Below, piece after piece: positions 35,192-49,141 of a stretch of DNA of 64,000 bases. The notes beneath the pieces are model-generated. The model was not told the DNA's origin and did not search any database. It saw nothing but the letters and a program-made list of their open reading frames with translations. Numbering within the stretch: the first letter of the stretch is position 1; each line of letters starts with the position of its first letter. This stretch comes from Azolla caroliniana (taxonomy: Eukaryota > Plantae > Polypodiophyta): assembly GCA_043228905.1 (NCBI GenBank), contig JBHGNT010000008.1:744001-808000 (forward strand), given 5' to 3'. The position numbers were made by a program, and so were the translations under genes.

Positions 35192-37625
35192 AAAGGTGAC
35201 CAATTTAGATTCTTAAGATGAATGACTAAAGTTTGATCAGCTTGCCGCCTTAACACAAAATTAAAATGACGTTACTAGAAAAAATCTTGGAATAGAATAA
35301 TTTTTTTTTGTCTACAAGGACACCAATTTTGACCTATGGGACCAAAAATAAATACATCACCTTGAATGTGAGTCCTTCCCAAGATGGAGGGTTTCTACTC
35401 TTTAGTAAAAAAACTCTCTATGTGAAAGTAATGAACAAGCATATGTGCTCACCTTTCTTGGTGGACATTTCAATATGACACATCATGCCCGTCTAACAAG
35501 TTATTATTCTTCTTTAAAAAAATAGATTATATGTTGAGCATACAAGAAATTATATAGTGACATTCATCATCCACTAGGGTTTCATTGTATACATTGCGCA
35601 TATTGCATGTCTTCATGCTTGTGTGATGATTCTACCTCCACACCTAACTTCAAGTGCCAAGGCCCATGGGGATAGTTCAATGCATTTGGATACGTTCTAG
35701 AGAGAGATAAGATGAGAGACTTTAGATCTTGAAATGAATGAGTGAATGAGAAACTCAAAAGAGAACCATAATTAACCTTTATAATAATATTTCACATTTT
35801 TAAGCCTTCACATTATAGTGGTCACAAGGTCTTCGTTGATTTACTTTTTGTGACTTGACTCATTTTCCTTGCATCGAAACTTGTATGTTCTTGCGATGTG
35901 GCATGCCCGAAGGTGGAAAACATGGGAAAAAGGCAAAAGTAGGCTAGCCATAGAGTTTGTATATGTAAATATGAAAATATAAATATGTAAGTAGAGCACT
36001 ATAATGCAAATGAGGCACCTCTCTCTCTATAAAGGGAAGGGAAGAGGACTCATTTGGTTCTTGTTCAAAAAAAAAAATCTTCTTAGTTTTTGGTATTTTT
36101 GTTGGCTTGGGGAGAAGGAAGAGGGAGGAAGAACTCTTCCACTTTTTTTTTTATGTTTGTCCTTCAACAATTTCACATGAAGATATATGATTGGCTTCCC
36201 TTATTCTTCGCTACCCCCTCGTCTACTTAGGAGGTCGTCACAGTCTTCATCATCAACAAGCTCATTACACGTGAAGGGATTCAACTAGCTCGCATACAGG
36301 CTGTTTTAACGGAACATGGAGTGGCTAGGGTCACTAGTCTAACACCGAGGCACCGTAGCCTTTGGTAGTAGCCACGATCTCAACGGTCCACTCAATTCAC
36401 CCTTCCTAGAATCTCTAAGTCACCTATTGTTGTCTTATTTCTCAGTTTTTTCTAGTTTTAATCTTGTATAGGACACCAGATTTGTGGCGTTATTTCGTGA
36501 AGTGGAAGTTGACATATGTAAAAAAAACTCATTTTTTCCTAATGGTGTGATTTGGGTCTTATACTTGGTGTATGTTATTGATTGAATGCTAAACCATTAA
36601 TGGTGCATTAATCCCCCACCTACTCAATCGTCAAAGTTTGTGTGTGTGTGTGTTGGTGGAGGGGGGGCATAGTGCAACTCAGTGATTGTTTCGCTTATGT
36701 GCGAATCCCCTCCAACGTTCAAGTTGTGTCCTTTCTACGTTCGAGTCCCCACAATGTTCAAGTTTTCCGACCATTCGAAACCCAACTTTCATTCAAGTAG
36801 CACACAGACATGTGTTTACTTGACACTGTTTGATATCAATGCTAAAGTCAACGCTGTCCAAAAGGCACAAGAAATGTATGGCAGAGACTTAACAATCATT
36901 GAGTATCTTCCTCCACTATTGTACCATCTACCCCATGATCTTCTTACTTTCAGCCAAGTGTGAGTAGAGAATTAAGCTCTCAAAGACCACGCTCTATGTG
37001 TCGACATGGCTTCGTCTACCTACAACATCAATTAGGGATCTAAGAATGTGCATTTTTGAGATATGATCAATAATTGTAATTAGAGATCTAAGAATGATAG
37101 TGACATTTTTCTTGTGAAAATGGTGGTTTTGAGGATGTTAAACTACAACTATGAGAGGCTACCAAGGAATACCTCCACTATCTCATCCTCATCAAATTTC
37201 ACATTGATTTAGGCCTTTCACAGGATCCCATCAGCCGCTCTCTTCATTTGCCTCTTTTTTCAAGCAGCACGATTGTTCCTTGTACTCTGAGCAATGTCTA
37301 CGCATGCGGAAGTTGTTAAAACTTAACACACATGCGCGCGCGCACACACACACACACACATTAGTGCGAGCAAAGGAAAGCACAAACTCTTCTTGTAAAG
37401 TCTGGTGGAATTTGAAAACATAGGAGACCGGGGGGCTATTCTCGTAAATACCGAAAACGTTAGGGGTATTTGATTTTTCTTGTTCTAGTAAACTGAATAC
37501 AAGAAGAAGAAAAAGAAAAAGAATAGAAGACGCATACATAAAAGCAAATACAGAGTTTCACTGTTTGCGTTGCGTATATAAGCTGTGCCGGAGCCATTTC
37601 CTGAGGAAAAAACCTAGCAATCGCC

Positions 37626-40600
37626 ATGAATTGTGAGACGTTTCATCTCAAGGAACTGGTAAGTTTCTTTTGCTTTTTCCTGAGATAGAGAGTCATGGAA
37701 TTCGATTGATAGATAGAAAATTAGAGAACTGTTGAATACATGCCATATTAAAAATCTGGTAGTTTACTCAACATCTTACTCGTATTTTCTATGATTTTTT
37801 TCATTTTATTTTTCTTGATCCATGCGTTTTTATGTTTGTTTGAACATTACTTGTAATATGTGCCCAACTCCAAATCCTATTCTATGTTGAATTCTCAATC
37901 CTTCCAGATAAAAAGATTTAAGGAGTTCTTTTCTACCCTAATCAGTAGTTGATGAATGAGATGAGTTGAATCGATTGGAATTTATGGAACTGATTAGATG
38001 AGTAAGAATGTAGACCTTTGTTTATGTAGGAAGTTGCAAGATATTTCTGATTGCATTTGTATCCTACTTCAGGTGGTTGTGGTCTTTGAAGAATCCATAA
38101 TGATAAGATATGGCTGCCACATCAAGAAGGGCCTTATAGTTGATGAGAAATTTTGAACTTAGTAAAGCACAAATATGTGTTGTGTTCCATGTTTTTTAGC
38201 CACTTGCAACAATGGAAACACATGTCCTTGCACTTCACTAAGCTCGATTATTGCAAACCTATGAGCCGTCATGTTTTTTAGCCATTTGAAAATATATGTG
38301 CGAAGAAATGTTCATTCTTTGGCTCTAAGAGATGATGATGATGTCAAATTCTGGCTATTAAAGGAGAATGATTATAATGCACCTTTTATTCGTCTTCTTC
38401 CACAGGAATTAGAGCATTTTCAAATACGCGAAGTCCTAAGATGTAAGAGCATGTTGTAGATGAATTCATGGATTTGTTTAAAATGTGATATAGCTACAAC
38501 TGTGCCATTTACATGGACGTTTCTTATTTTACAGGCATCTTGCATACAATTATGTTCCACCGAGCTTTAGGATTAGTGCAACCCAAGGATGTTGACTTGG
38601 AGCTTTTTGAGATCACTTATGTAAGGTTTGATCATGATCATGTAACAAAGGATATAGCAAACTTATTTCTCTATACTGTTGTGGAGTATATGCATAGCTA
38701 TGGTCTATATACCAAATTTTAGTCTCGTACTATTCTAATGCCAATTTGAACTTTGTTGGGAACATGTCAAAATGTACAATATCTACAATGACTGTTTTAA
38801 TGAGTTGTATTGCCATCATTGAGTCTTCCTCTTTTATTATCAGGTACAATGTGGTGATGGAGAGTTGGAAAGGAGAATTGAAGAAAAGATTGATCTTTTT
38901 GTTGCATGGGTAGAAAAGCATCCAAACAAAAAGGGTCATGTATGATTCTTTGACCTTCTTAAATTTCCTTTTCTCCATTCTATTATGTAATATTTTAAAC
39001 GCAAAATATCAATAAATTGTTTTGAAACCTCTTTCTCGTTATCAGGTATGTCTCTCTTTCTATGAGACTAGAAATAAACCAACCACCTGGTTCAGGCAAC
39101 CTGAACGTTCATATTGGGAACAATGGTTCCTTTCCCTCAATATAATTCCACCGAAAACATCTCAAAACAAGTTACGTCATGGACGAGCGTGGACTATAGA
39201 CACTGCAGGTATTATGCTTTCTATTAAGTTGTTGCAATTTTATTTGTGAGGATATTCCGCCTATGAATGTGATATTTTGATTTTAATGTGCAAATGTGAT
39301 GATAAACCTGGCACCTTGTAATTTTGTTTGGTATTTTCCTAGACACAATGATGGAAAAAGGATCTAAGACAGATTCAACACTAGAGATGTCTCTACGGGA
39401 AGTTCTTTTCCAGATCTTGCAGCTAGTCAATGAAAAGAAGGATCACATTCCACCAGTTTCAAACTCCAACATAGTATCTTTTCCTTATGAAATAACCATT
39501 CCAAGGTTTGTCAATTTCTCCAAATGGTTAAAGATGATTGATGGCTGTTTCTAAGCATATTACATTGATGTTGTGTGGGAAATCTCGGCCATTTCAATTC
39601 TATGCAAAGTGCAAGTTTCTTAACTTTTGCTCTGCAAACCATAAGCTGTGAGGGAGGATGGCTGTCATTTGATTGCAAATATTTTATATTACTGGAATAT
39701 CAAGGATGCTAGTGATTAACCATGACTAAAGCTGAATATGTTAGAAAAATTCTCTGAACTTGCAATTATCAAACTAGTAAAATAGAATAGCTTATTTATA
39801 GGGGAAGTGTGGGATCATTGACTAGCATAAAAATGTTTCTAACAGCTGAAGCAAAACAGAGATAAATTTTAAATTAAAAAGACCAGGAAAGGTCAGCCTA
39901 GCACTTTAATAGTGGGGATTATCTCTTTGAGACAATTGAGATAATGTAGATATAGATGGGCTTAGTTATAACTTAGGAAGACTGGCACGTAATAGTGAGA
40001 TTTATCTCTTTGACATAGTGGAGACTGTTCTCATCCAAGCCTGAAGTTGGGTTCAGGATGACACCAAGTAAAATATTCAATAACACTGCTTTCCTTGCTT
40101 AATTTTCCACAGAAGTTCTGTTTCTATAATATGCATTTCGTGGTACGTAAACAGCTTTACCTTTCACGTCTCGAGCTCTTCTACAGATTGGATGCTTTGG
40201 CATGTTTGATCCATGCTGTAATATGAAGTAAATTGGAGAAACTTTTGCATCAGTACTTATATGTTTTATTTCTTCTGTCACAATGATTTGTCTTCTTGTG
40301 GTGCAACTATGAGGAAATATACTGAAAACAGGAACCAAGCCTCTGCATATGTGAATCTTGAGGTTCTTTGATGTCAATATAACATGTGCTAAAACATAAT
40401 CTTCAATATGATTTTGTTAGCCGTATATATGAGTTGGAGCTAGAAATAGTAAGGGTTGTCCTAAGATCTTATGCGAAGTCATGCACCCAAAGGCAAAAGG
40501 GAACTGTAGGCCGGGGCCAAATCTTTTAATATGAACTCTAAAACTTGTATGTTTCTTTTTGCAGGCAGGTCTTATGGTGAGAAAACACGAGTTATTTCTT

Positions 40601-41053
40601 TCCCAGAAAATATGTTCTCTTAAACTAGAAACAAGCATAATATTGTGAAGCGGTGTCTCGTTAGAAGTTTTTCATTTTTGATAATAGTTATTGATAAAGA
40701 GTCCACTTTACTAACAGTTGGTGGTGTCCATTCAGGATCTAGGGTTGTTTTGGATGTTATCATGGTTCTAGTTTCACAATTAAGTTGTGACCATAAAAAG
40801 AGTAAATCCTGAGATCAGTTTTCATCATAAGTTGGTGGTGTTTATTCAGCATCTAGGATTGTTTTGGATGTTATCATGGTTTTAGTTTCACATTAAATTG
40901 TGACCATAAAAAAAGTAAATGCTGAGGTCGCTTTTCTCTCAATTGTTTTTTGACATATTATTTGTCTTTATTTGCAGTGGCTCTGATTCCTCCTTCGGAA
41001 TGGATATGTTTAAACGGATGTTACATAGTAGCCCACCAACAATGCCATGTTAA
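37626..41053 (+). CDS. ATG101: Autophagy-related protein 101, 7 exons
   Basis: Exons 37626-37658, 38406-38442, 38535-38620, 38844-38939, 39046-39208, 39343-39505, 40978-41053; MNCE..LKEL, ILHTIMFHRALGLVQPKDVD, WF finger (TTWF..YWEQW), VNEKKDHIPP, FPYEI. Confidence 0.93.
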
Positions 41054-41935
41054 TTTATTTGAAAAGCTATTCCCTTACAGAAATTCAGATCGTGTACCAA
41101 ATGTTTGAAATAGCTACATCCTATGGGTGTATGTAGAATCTGTAGACATAATGCTTAAAATGTTCATATTCATCTTGTAATATTATTGAAATTCTTGTTT
41201 CTCAATTGCTTTTTCTGCATAATGCGTAAAATGTTCATATTTATCTTGTATCTTTAATCAGAAGACATTACTTTCATGTCTTTTTTCTATTTTGTTACTA
41301 TAGAAAGGTGCACATTATACGATCTTTTAGATTCATAAGGAGCACATTATGCGTTCTTTTATTGAGGGTAAAAACCAGACTCATTGGTAGGGGCACATTA
41401 TATTTATTTATTTTATCAAGGTTGCAAAACGATCCATCTTTGATGAGCTTTTTGTGCTTATATGTGCAAAGGACACATTACTTGTTGAAGGAAATTATTA
41501 TATGTTTGGCCATTCAATGTCTCAAGCACTAAAAGAACACAAATGAAGAGTGTTCACCTGATGAGAAATCTCACGTTTCAACAATTTTGTTGGAATGAAT
41601 GGTTTCCCCATTGTACTCCAATTTTATATCTAGTGTGTATATTATATATATATACCTCATCCCTTACATGACCTCCTTGGAATATATGTATTTGGATGCT
41701 TATTCGCCAATTTGATTAACACAAGTGATCAGGCATTTTTGATATAAGGACATGCAAGGTACTGCAATAATATAATTGTAAGATCCTAAAGATGAGAACT
41801 CTTTGGCATGTTCACCTGACTCTTAATTAAAGGAGAATGGAATGGTGGTGATGATTGAATTATACATAAGAATTACCAATATTTCAGTTTTTGCCAATTA
41901 CCTATACCAAGTCACTTTACATACCTCAATGATAA

Positions 41936-44900
41936 TGTTAAAGGCATGACCATATAATATCCCGTGGTGAGAATTTGCCATAGTATTCTATACACATGGA
42001 TAAGTGTGAGGGTTAAACGAGAGTGTAAAGAAGGGGAGGATTACTTTTAATCCTCAGGATTGAGACAACCCATTAGGCCAAGTGTGAACTTGCCTGGGGG
42101 CCTTGGGTATCGTTATAAATAAGAGGCCTAGCTACCATCATTTCATCATCTTTTGACTACATCGAGACTTTGTTCTTGTGGTGGGTCAACTCTTGTAGCG
42201 AGTGTGCCAGCACCAGGTACGACTCAACGCCACAGCGGTGGTATAGGATGCCGATCGAGGCTCCAGTCCGTCTCAATCCCTTCGCTTGGGGGTGGTTGGG
42301 TGGATCGGCACCCTTCTTTCTCTCCCTCCTTTCTATCTATCTATCTATCTATATTCTATCCTTATCTAATGCTTACATTAGTTCATGTCTCTAATAGTTG
42401 GTATCAGAGCCTATGTTCTAATGTTTCTTTTGTTGTCTTTTGTTTTGTTGATTGATGGTGATCGATCGATGTGCGGTCGACCTTGTTCCAAATAGCAATC
42501 AACAAAGGAACTTCGGTAATCTTTCTTGTTTTTTTTTTCTATTTTTTCTTCTCCCATCTAATCATGTCTATGGTCAATATGTAATTTTTTTTCATTGATT
42601 CAATGATGGTGTAGTGGTAATTAATTGGTTATATAAAACGTTTACATATGTGCATGAGGTCAATACCTCATTTGACATATATTTAATATGTGATTCGTGT
42701 CATATACGTACGAGGTCGATACCTCAATTGTATATTACGTTCACGTACATATGTTATGTATGTATATGAGGTCAATACCTCGATTTTGTTGTAAATGATA
42801 TGTGTTTGGTCTCGTATGTGTAAGAGGTCAATACCTCAATTGCATATTACGATTAACCCTTATTTTTGGATGTTTCGTGTGCGTAGAGGCTATATGCCTC
42901 GATTACGTGTCTCGATTTCATCATATGTTGTCTCGATTTAATATATGCATATGTAGTAATGTGTATACGTATTTAATCGTATATATGTGATAAATAAACA
43001 TATATGTATATTTGATATTACGTGATTTCTATCGAATGTTGTCCTTGTCGGGAAAATGATCTTGGTGGCCGTCCTCACATTTTTGTGAGAATGGCGTTGT
43101 CACCATCCCTTTTTCAACAATTTTTTTGTTGACATCCTCGTTGGTCACTTCGATTTCATTATGTAATGAAACAATCAAAGTGGCCACAATGGTGTTGAGA
43201 ACGTAGGGCTTGACCCACTTCATGTGAGGTCGCTCCTATGACACACATATCCAACATCCCTCCCTCATTACATGGATACGATGCCACCATGAGATCATTC
43301 TTACAAAAGGCATTCGTAATGACGTGACCATGTGATGGGCCACGTGGGCCTACTATGAAAAGAGGGCTCATTTGGCTTGACCATTAGGTTGCACTTTGGC
43401 GTATGCCATCGTAATTACGAGACTTGAGGTTAGGTAACGTACCTACATATTTTGTAGTAAAAGAGGGGGAAATAAGGACTCTTGACATATATGTTTCTTT
43501 TAAAAAACCATATAGGGGCAAATGCCTCGCATATCTTTTATACGCATAAAACATTAAACACTCAAGAAGGGCAACCTAATTGGTTAGCTCAAGTGCTTAA
43601 TGCATTTGTTCTCGAGGTCTAAGTGCACTTTGGGGTCCTTGTAATAGGACTTATAGAACCGAAGCCACATATGTGGGCACAGAAACATAATTTATTGTTA
43701 ACATTTTTTTCTTGTATAAACTATTCATGACGCGAACATACATGGTTGAGCCTCGGGGAGCCACCATGAAAAAAATCGATATAGAGATCAGGGAAAGACA
43801 TTAATTTGTCACCCCCATGGTTTTTAAAACACCTTTGTGTTACCATAGTAAACTGATCTTGAACCTCATATCATACATCTAGAGGGGTATTGATGTGAGA
43901 TCATGATATCGATTAATGTTTGGCCATGATATGTTTATATCACGACATGATGTTATGACTATTTGTCTGACCTTATCCTATTTCTTTGCCAGAAATAATC
44001 ATTCAATGGCTCAAAATAACGACTCGATGTCATCTGCTCAAGCGGAAGGAACTCAAGGAAATCCTCCTGGACCAATGTCCATTGAGACGTATTTTTCACA
44101 AATAAACCAATACCTTTAGTTTCACCACTCAATAGATGACCGAACTTCGGCAATCTCAAAGTGCTCTCGAGGCACGTGTCATTAGTTTACAATGTGAGAC
44201 TAATAGACCCGATGAGCAACAGGGTGAACCATCATTTGTCGTAAAGCCATTTACGGGAGAAAAAAAGGAAAGAACCAAAGAAGCAATCTACACGTGGTTG
44301 GGCCGATGGGAATCCCATTTTGAGCTCTATCCCACACCATATAGTATGAAGATTGCATATGTCATTCGAGAACTAGGGGGTAAGGCTGCCACCTGGTCGC
44401 GTTGTCGCGGTAATCCGCGAGTACGTGTCGGATCCGAGGCGGGACCACGGGGGTCTTGGACTAGGGAGTAGAGGAGAAGGAATAAGACCCAAAATAGAAG
44501 CTTAGCTCAAGAGGAGAAGTGGAAGAATAGCACATAATCATAGAATAGAATAGAATAGGATAGATGGAGGCAAGATACACCCACAAGACAAGAAAATCAA
44601 CATGTTATATTAAGAGTTCACAAAATATTACATCCAAGGTCGCATAGGCCGCACCAAAAAAACAACTACAAGAAAACCCTCACCGGATGAGCAAGTAAAG
44701 AAGTATAGTAAAACCTTAAAGGAAACCCAAGAAGAAAACCCTAGAAGAAACCCTAAAACCGAATAGAACCCCTCGACCGAAGTGGTATACCTCTCTCACT
44801 CAAAATATTAGGCAACCCCTTCACAAGTGACCCCTCACTCCCTTTTATAGTAGTAAGGGGTGAGCACATTACAAGAGGGAGTCAAATCCCCTTTCATTTA

Positions 44901-47684
44901 GTGGGGAATATCTCCCGTGATCTTAAATTGGTGGGCCTTAACTCTCTCTTTCCTATCACATTCATGCCTCTACAAACTTTGTGGTGCACCTTTAGCACCT
45001 TAGATTATTACCCTTCTTTACATTTTGTTATCTTATTCTCATCATACAAATTTACAAGTGCATGTGCAATGTTGCACATCCCCATTTATTTGTCCCTCTC
45101 GGTTTTCTCACCGTAGCCGGAAATCTTCACGACATCCGCCCCCACCAAACCGCACATCCACCGGAATTTGCCAAGAGGAGAAGGGTGAGAGATTTCGACG
45201 ACGGTGATCAATCAGGTCCTCCGCCGTCTCGGCACCCGACCACCTTGTCAGATCCTACCGCCCCGATCCATCCGATCCATCCGACCCACCACATCCATTG
45301 TGTGTCCCCGAACCACCGATCCACCATATCCAACGTTCGTGCCTTCCTCCTCGATCGGTCCTCCCGAACGCCGTTGCCGACCCGGTCTCTCTTCCTTTGT
45401 CCGCCGCATATGTCCCTCCTTTGGTTCGATCGTCTCCGCTCCGTGCTTGCCTTCCGTAGGCTCTACCCGTGCGTCGATGTTGTCCTCCGAATACGCACTT
45501 GTTCTTTGGTCCCTTTTCGGCCATAATGCATGCTCCGTATCACGTCGTAATGCATGCTCTGTAATACGCCGTAATGTATGCTTTGTATCGCTCTGTAGTG
45601 CATGCTTCATGTTACACGCTTCTCCCGCCATAGTCCCGACCTCTGCTTCAGCCTCTTCTCCCTTCATTGCCATAGCCCCTTCCGACTCCGGGTTATCGTT
45701 ATGGCCCCGCTCGTCTGTCATTCCATATCGGATACCCGTTCCGGTAACCTCGATTCTAGAGACTCCGGCGTCCGGCCCGAGAGCCGGTGTGAGACCTAGA
45801 GTGATGAACGTTGGCGGCGGCAAGGCGGGCAACCAAGATGACAACAAGGAGATCGAGGAAGAGGAGGCGGCAAGCGTAATCGAGGCATTCGCGATCGAAG
45901 ACGGGGTAGCCACGAGCAACGACGTCCGGATGGAGGTGGCTACGGACATAACGAGCGGTGGTGTCGGGATCTTTCCCGCACCGGTTCTAGAGACTCCGGC
46001 ATCCGGCCCGAGTGCCGGCATGAGACCTAGAGTGGCGAATGGTGGCGGCGGCAAGGCGGGCAACCGAGAAGGCGGCGAGGAGTCAGAGGCCGGAGTGGAC
46101 GAGGTTACCGGAACGGGTATCCGATATGGAATGACAGACGAGTGGGGCCAAGACGATAAGTTAGAGTCGGAAGGGGCTATGGCAACGAAGGGAGAAGAGG
46201 CCGAGGTGGAGGTCAGGACTATGGCGGGAGAAGCGTGTAACACAAAGCATGCACTATGGAGCGATCCGGAGCATGCATTACGGTGTATTACGAAGCACGC
46301 GTTACGGCGTGATACAGAGCATGCATTACGGCTGAAAAGGGACCAAAGAACAAGCGTGTATTCAAAGAACAACATCGACGCACAGGAAGAGCCTACGGAA
46401 GGCAAGAGCGGAGTGGAGAGAGTCGGCACGCTGGGGTGTTCGGGACGCGAAGACGATCGAACCAAAAGAGGGACATATGCGGCGGACAAAGGAAGAGAGA
46501 CCGGGTCGGCAACGACGTTCGGGAGGACCGATCGAGGAGGAAGGCACGAACATTGGATATGGTGGATTGGTGGTTCGAGGACACGTGATGGATGTGGTGG
46601 GTCGGATGGATCCGACGGATCGGGGCGGTAGGATCCGACAAGGCAGTCGGATGCCAGGACGGCGGAGGACCCGGTTGATCATCGTCGCCGAAATCTCTCA
46701 CCCTTCTCCTCTTGGCAAATTCCAGTGGATGTGCGGTTTGGTGGGGGTGGATGTCGTGAAGATTTCCGGCTACGGTGAGAAAACCGGGAGGGACAAATAA
46801 ATGGGGATGTGCAACATTACACATGCACTTGTAAATTTGTATGATGAGAATAAGATAACAAAATGTAAAGGGGAAGGGTAATAATCTAAGGTGTTAAAGG
46901 TGCACCACGAAGTTCGTAGAGGCATGAATGTGATAGGAGAGAGAGAGTTAAGGCCCACCGATTTAAGATCAAGGGAGATATTCCCCATTAAATGAAAGGG
47001 GATTTGACTCCCTCTTGTAATGTGCTCACCCCTTACTACTATAAAAGGGAGTGAGGGATCACTTGTGAAGGGGTTGCCTATTTTGAGTGAGAGAGGTATA
47101 CCACTTAGGTCGAGGGGTTCTATTCAGTTTTAGGGTTTCTTCTAGGGTTTTCTTCTTGGGTTTCCTTTAAGGTTTTACTATACTTCTTTACTTGCTCATC
47201 CGGTGAGGGTTTTCTTGTAGTTGTTTTTTTGGTGCGGCCTATGCAGCCTTGGATGTAATCTTTTGTGAACTCTTAATATAGCATGTTGATGTTCTTGTCT
47301 TGTGGGTGTATCTTGCCTCCATCTATTCTATTCTATTCTATGATTATGTGATATTCTTCCTCTTCTCCTCTTGAGCTAAGCTTCCATTTTGTGTCTTATT
47401 CCTTCTCCTCTACTCCCTAGTCCAAGACCCTCGTGGTCCCGCCTCGGATCCGACACGTACTCGCGGATTACCGCGACAATGGTGCACTTGGTTGATGGAA
47501 GAGTACAATACATCAACGGGGCAATTCATTCATTTAGAATTTCTATTGATACTTATATAGAGAAAGTAGACTTCCATGTAATGAATCTTTGTACCACTAA
47601 TGTAATACTGGGTTATCCCTAGTTTTATAATAAAAACTCTTCTTTATCTATTGATTGGGTTCGTCATTCTATTTCCTTTGTACT
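41936..47684 (+). mobile_element. Older truncated copy of the G2 chromovirus family (5' LTR, PBS, leader, gag and protease fragments)
   Basis: 5' LTR 41936-42396 (TG..TA); PBS 42399-42410; leader and gag homologous to 11693-13769; host sequence resumes at 47479 at the position equivalent to G2 14532; no 3' LTR. Confidence 0.9.
44403..47478. mobile_element. ~3.1-kb palindromic retroelement derivative: two inverted 3' ends (internal-PPT-LTR) of a G1-related family
   Basis: Arms 44403-45752 and 46100-47478 are reverse complements; inverted LTRs 44403-45134 and 46752-47478; each has a PPT on its inner side; 347-bp spacer with an ~80-bp direct repeat; no PBS or pol. Confidence 0.92.
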
Positions 47685-47694
47685 ATATGCAAAT

Positions 47695-48133
47695 TGTTGA
47701 GAGATCAAGCTCAACTTAGTTTAGTTAGTTAGTCAACCATGTAACTTCGTAGTTACCTTGATAGAATCTAGTTAAAAGTGTTGACTATAACACCTTAAAT
47801 AGGACCTTGTACTGAAGTGGAATATTCTAGATCCTCCACTCCCAAGTACATTTAATATAGAACTTACACCTTTGTACCTATATTATCCTCACACATGTGC
47901 ACCCTTGCACATGAGATCTATATATACCTCATTGTAGGTATTTTTGTATTTGATGATAATGATAATGCTAATTTAATATAGTTACTCATCCCCCATCTTG
48001 TGTTGTTCATAAGTGTATCTTCCTCTCTCTTTTCCTCTCACACACATACACACACATATCACTTAATCTTCCGCTTATTAACTTAATCACATAATTAGGT
48101 ACTAATTAACCCTTAATTACCTAATTATTAACA
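47695..48133 (+). mobile_element. Solo LTR (unrelated family)
   Basis: TGTTGA...TTAACA termini; near-perfect 5-bp TSD CAAAT/TAAAT; internal TATA (CTATATATA near 47918). Confidence 0.7.
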
Positions 48134-49141
48134 TAAATTGTAGTTTGATTTCTCCATCAATTTTGACTTATATACTATCAAAGATTGGACAAACTTCTAT
48201 TATCCATCCATCTCATCTTTCTACTATGCTTGATGATTCTTCCTTTAATATAGAATGTTTTTTTTATTTTTGCAGAAAGGCAGGCGGTGCATTGCATTGT
48301 TGGTGTAATCATTTGTTGTTTGAACAAATACTTCTGGCAGATCATCTAGCTAAGGTATTCTCGACGCTTGATTAGGTGTAAAACTCAATCTATTTTTCTT
48401 CTTTTTCCTACCGCATTTGTAAATGTGCGACCATACATAATTACGTCTAAGAAAAATGTTGACCTCGTAACTTATAGATGTAATATTTAACCAACATTAC
48501 ATTTAATCAATGGAATCTGACACACAAAAGATTAATCTAGGGTCAACTGAAATGCAGCAATGCTTCTCCATTATGTTAAGAAATTTCATTCATCTAGTGT
48601 CTTTCACAATAGCTTACAATACACGTCCAATTGTTTGACTTCATTATTATAAGACATATTGCAACTTCTTCTAGCTTGAGGCCTCTAGAGTGGTTTAATT
48701 CTTCATCTTCTTGTAAGTCAGTAGGTGATTCTTCAAAGTAGAAATGTTTGCATCGTAGTCATAGAATACTTAACAAAAAAAAGCAAATGATCAGAATAAA
48801 GTAGTTTTTGTGAACCACATACATGCCAGAGATATGCTTGACTCTTGTGTTCAAGACAACCATATTTGACCAATTGCTAATTTGGTTGCACATACTCTTT
48901 TCAGAGAATCTACTTTATTGAGAAATTATTATATATCATTTCTAATCATGAATTTTAAAGACTTTTCCTAAAATGTGAGAACTAGGCTAAAAAATGAAAA
49001 GGTTGTTTATAAAAATATTTAAAAAATAATTAACTTTCAGCCCTAAACCATCAAATCATTTAAACCGAACCGTTAAATTGTTAAGCCATTGTTTCACGGT
49101 TTGATTCGTTTCAAACCGAACTGTTGCCTATTATAATGTGC

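Noticed and set aside
31780-37230. Old TE remnants between WAT1 and ATG101 (also 2400-3580 and 25120-27700)
   Set aside because: Composition suggests decayed repeats, but apart from the LINE no boundaries or domains can be supported
45204-46631. 475-aa and 413-aa ORFs as host genes
   Set aside because: Chimeric across the palindrome junction, low complexity, no recognisable domain; kept only as a hypothesis about element cargo
44403-47478. DIRS-type element or DNA transposon with long TIRs
   Set aside because: No tyrosine recombinase, transposase or internal complementary region; each arm has a Gypsy PPT and LTR; host DNA is deleted rather than duplicated
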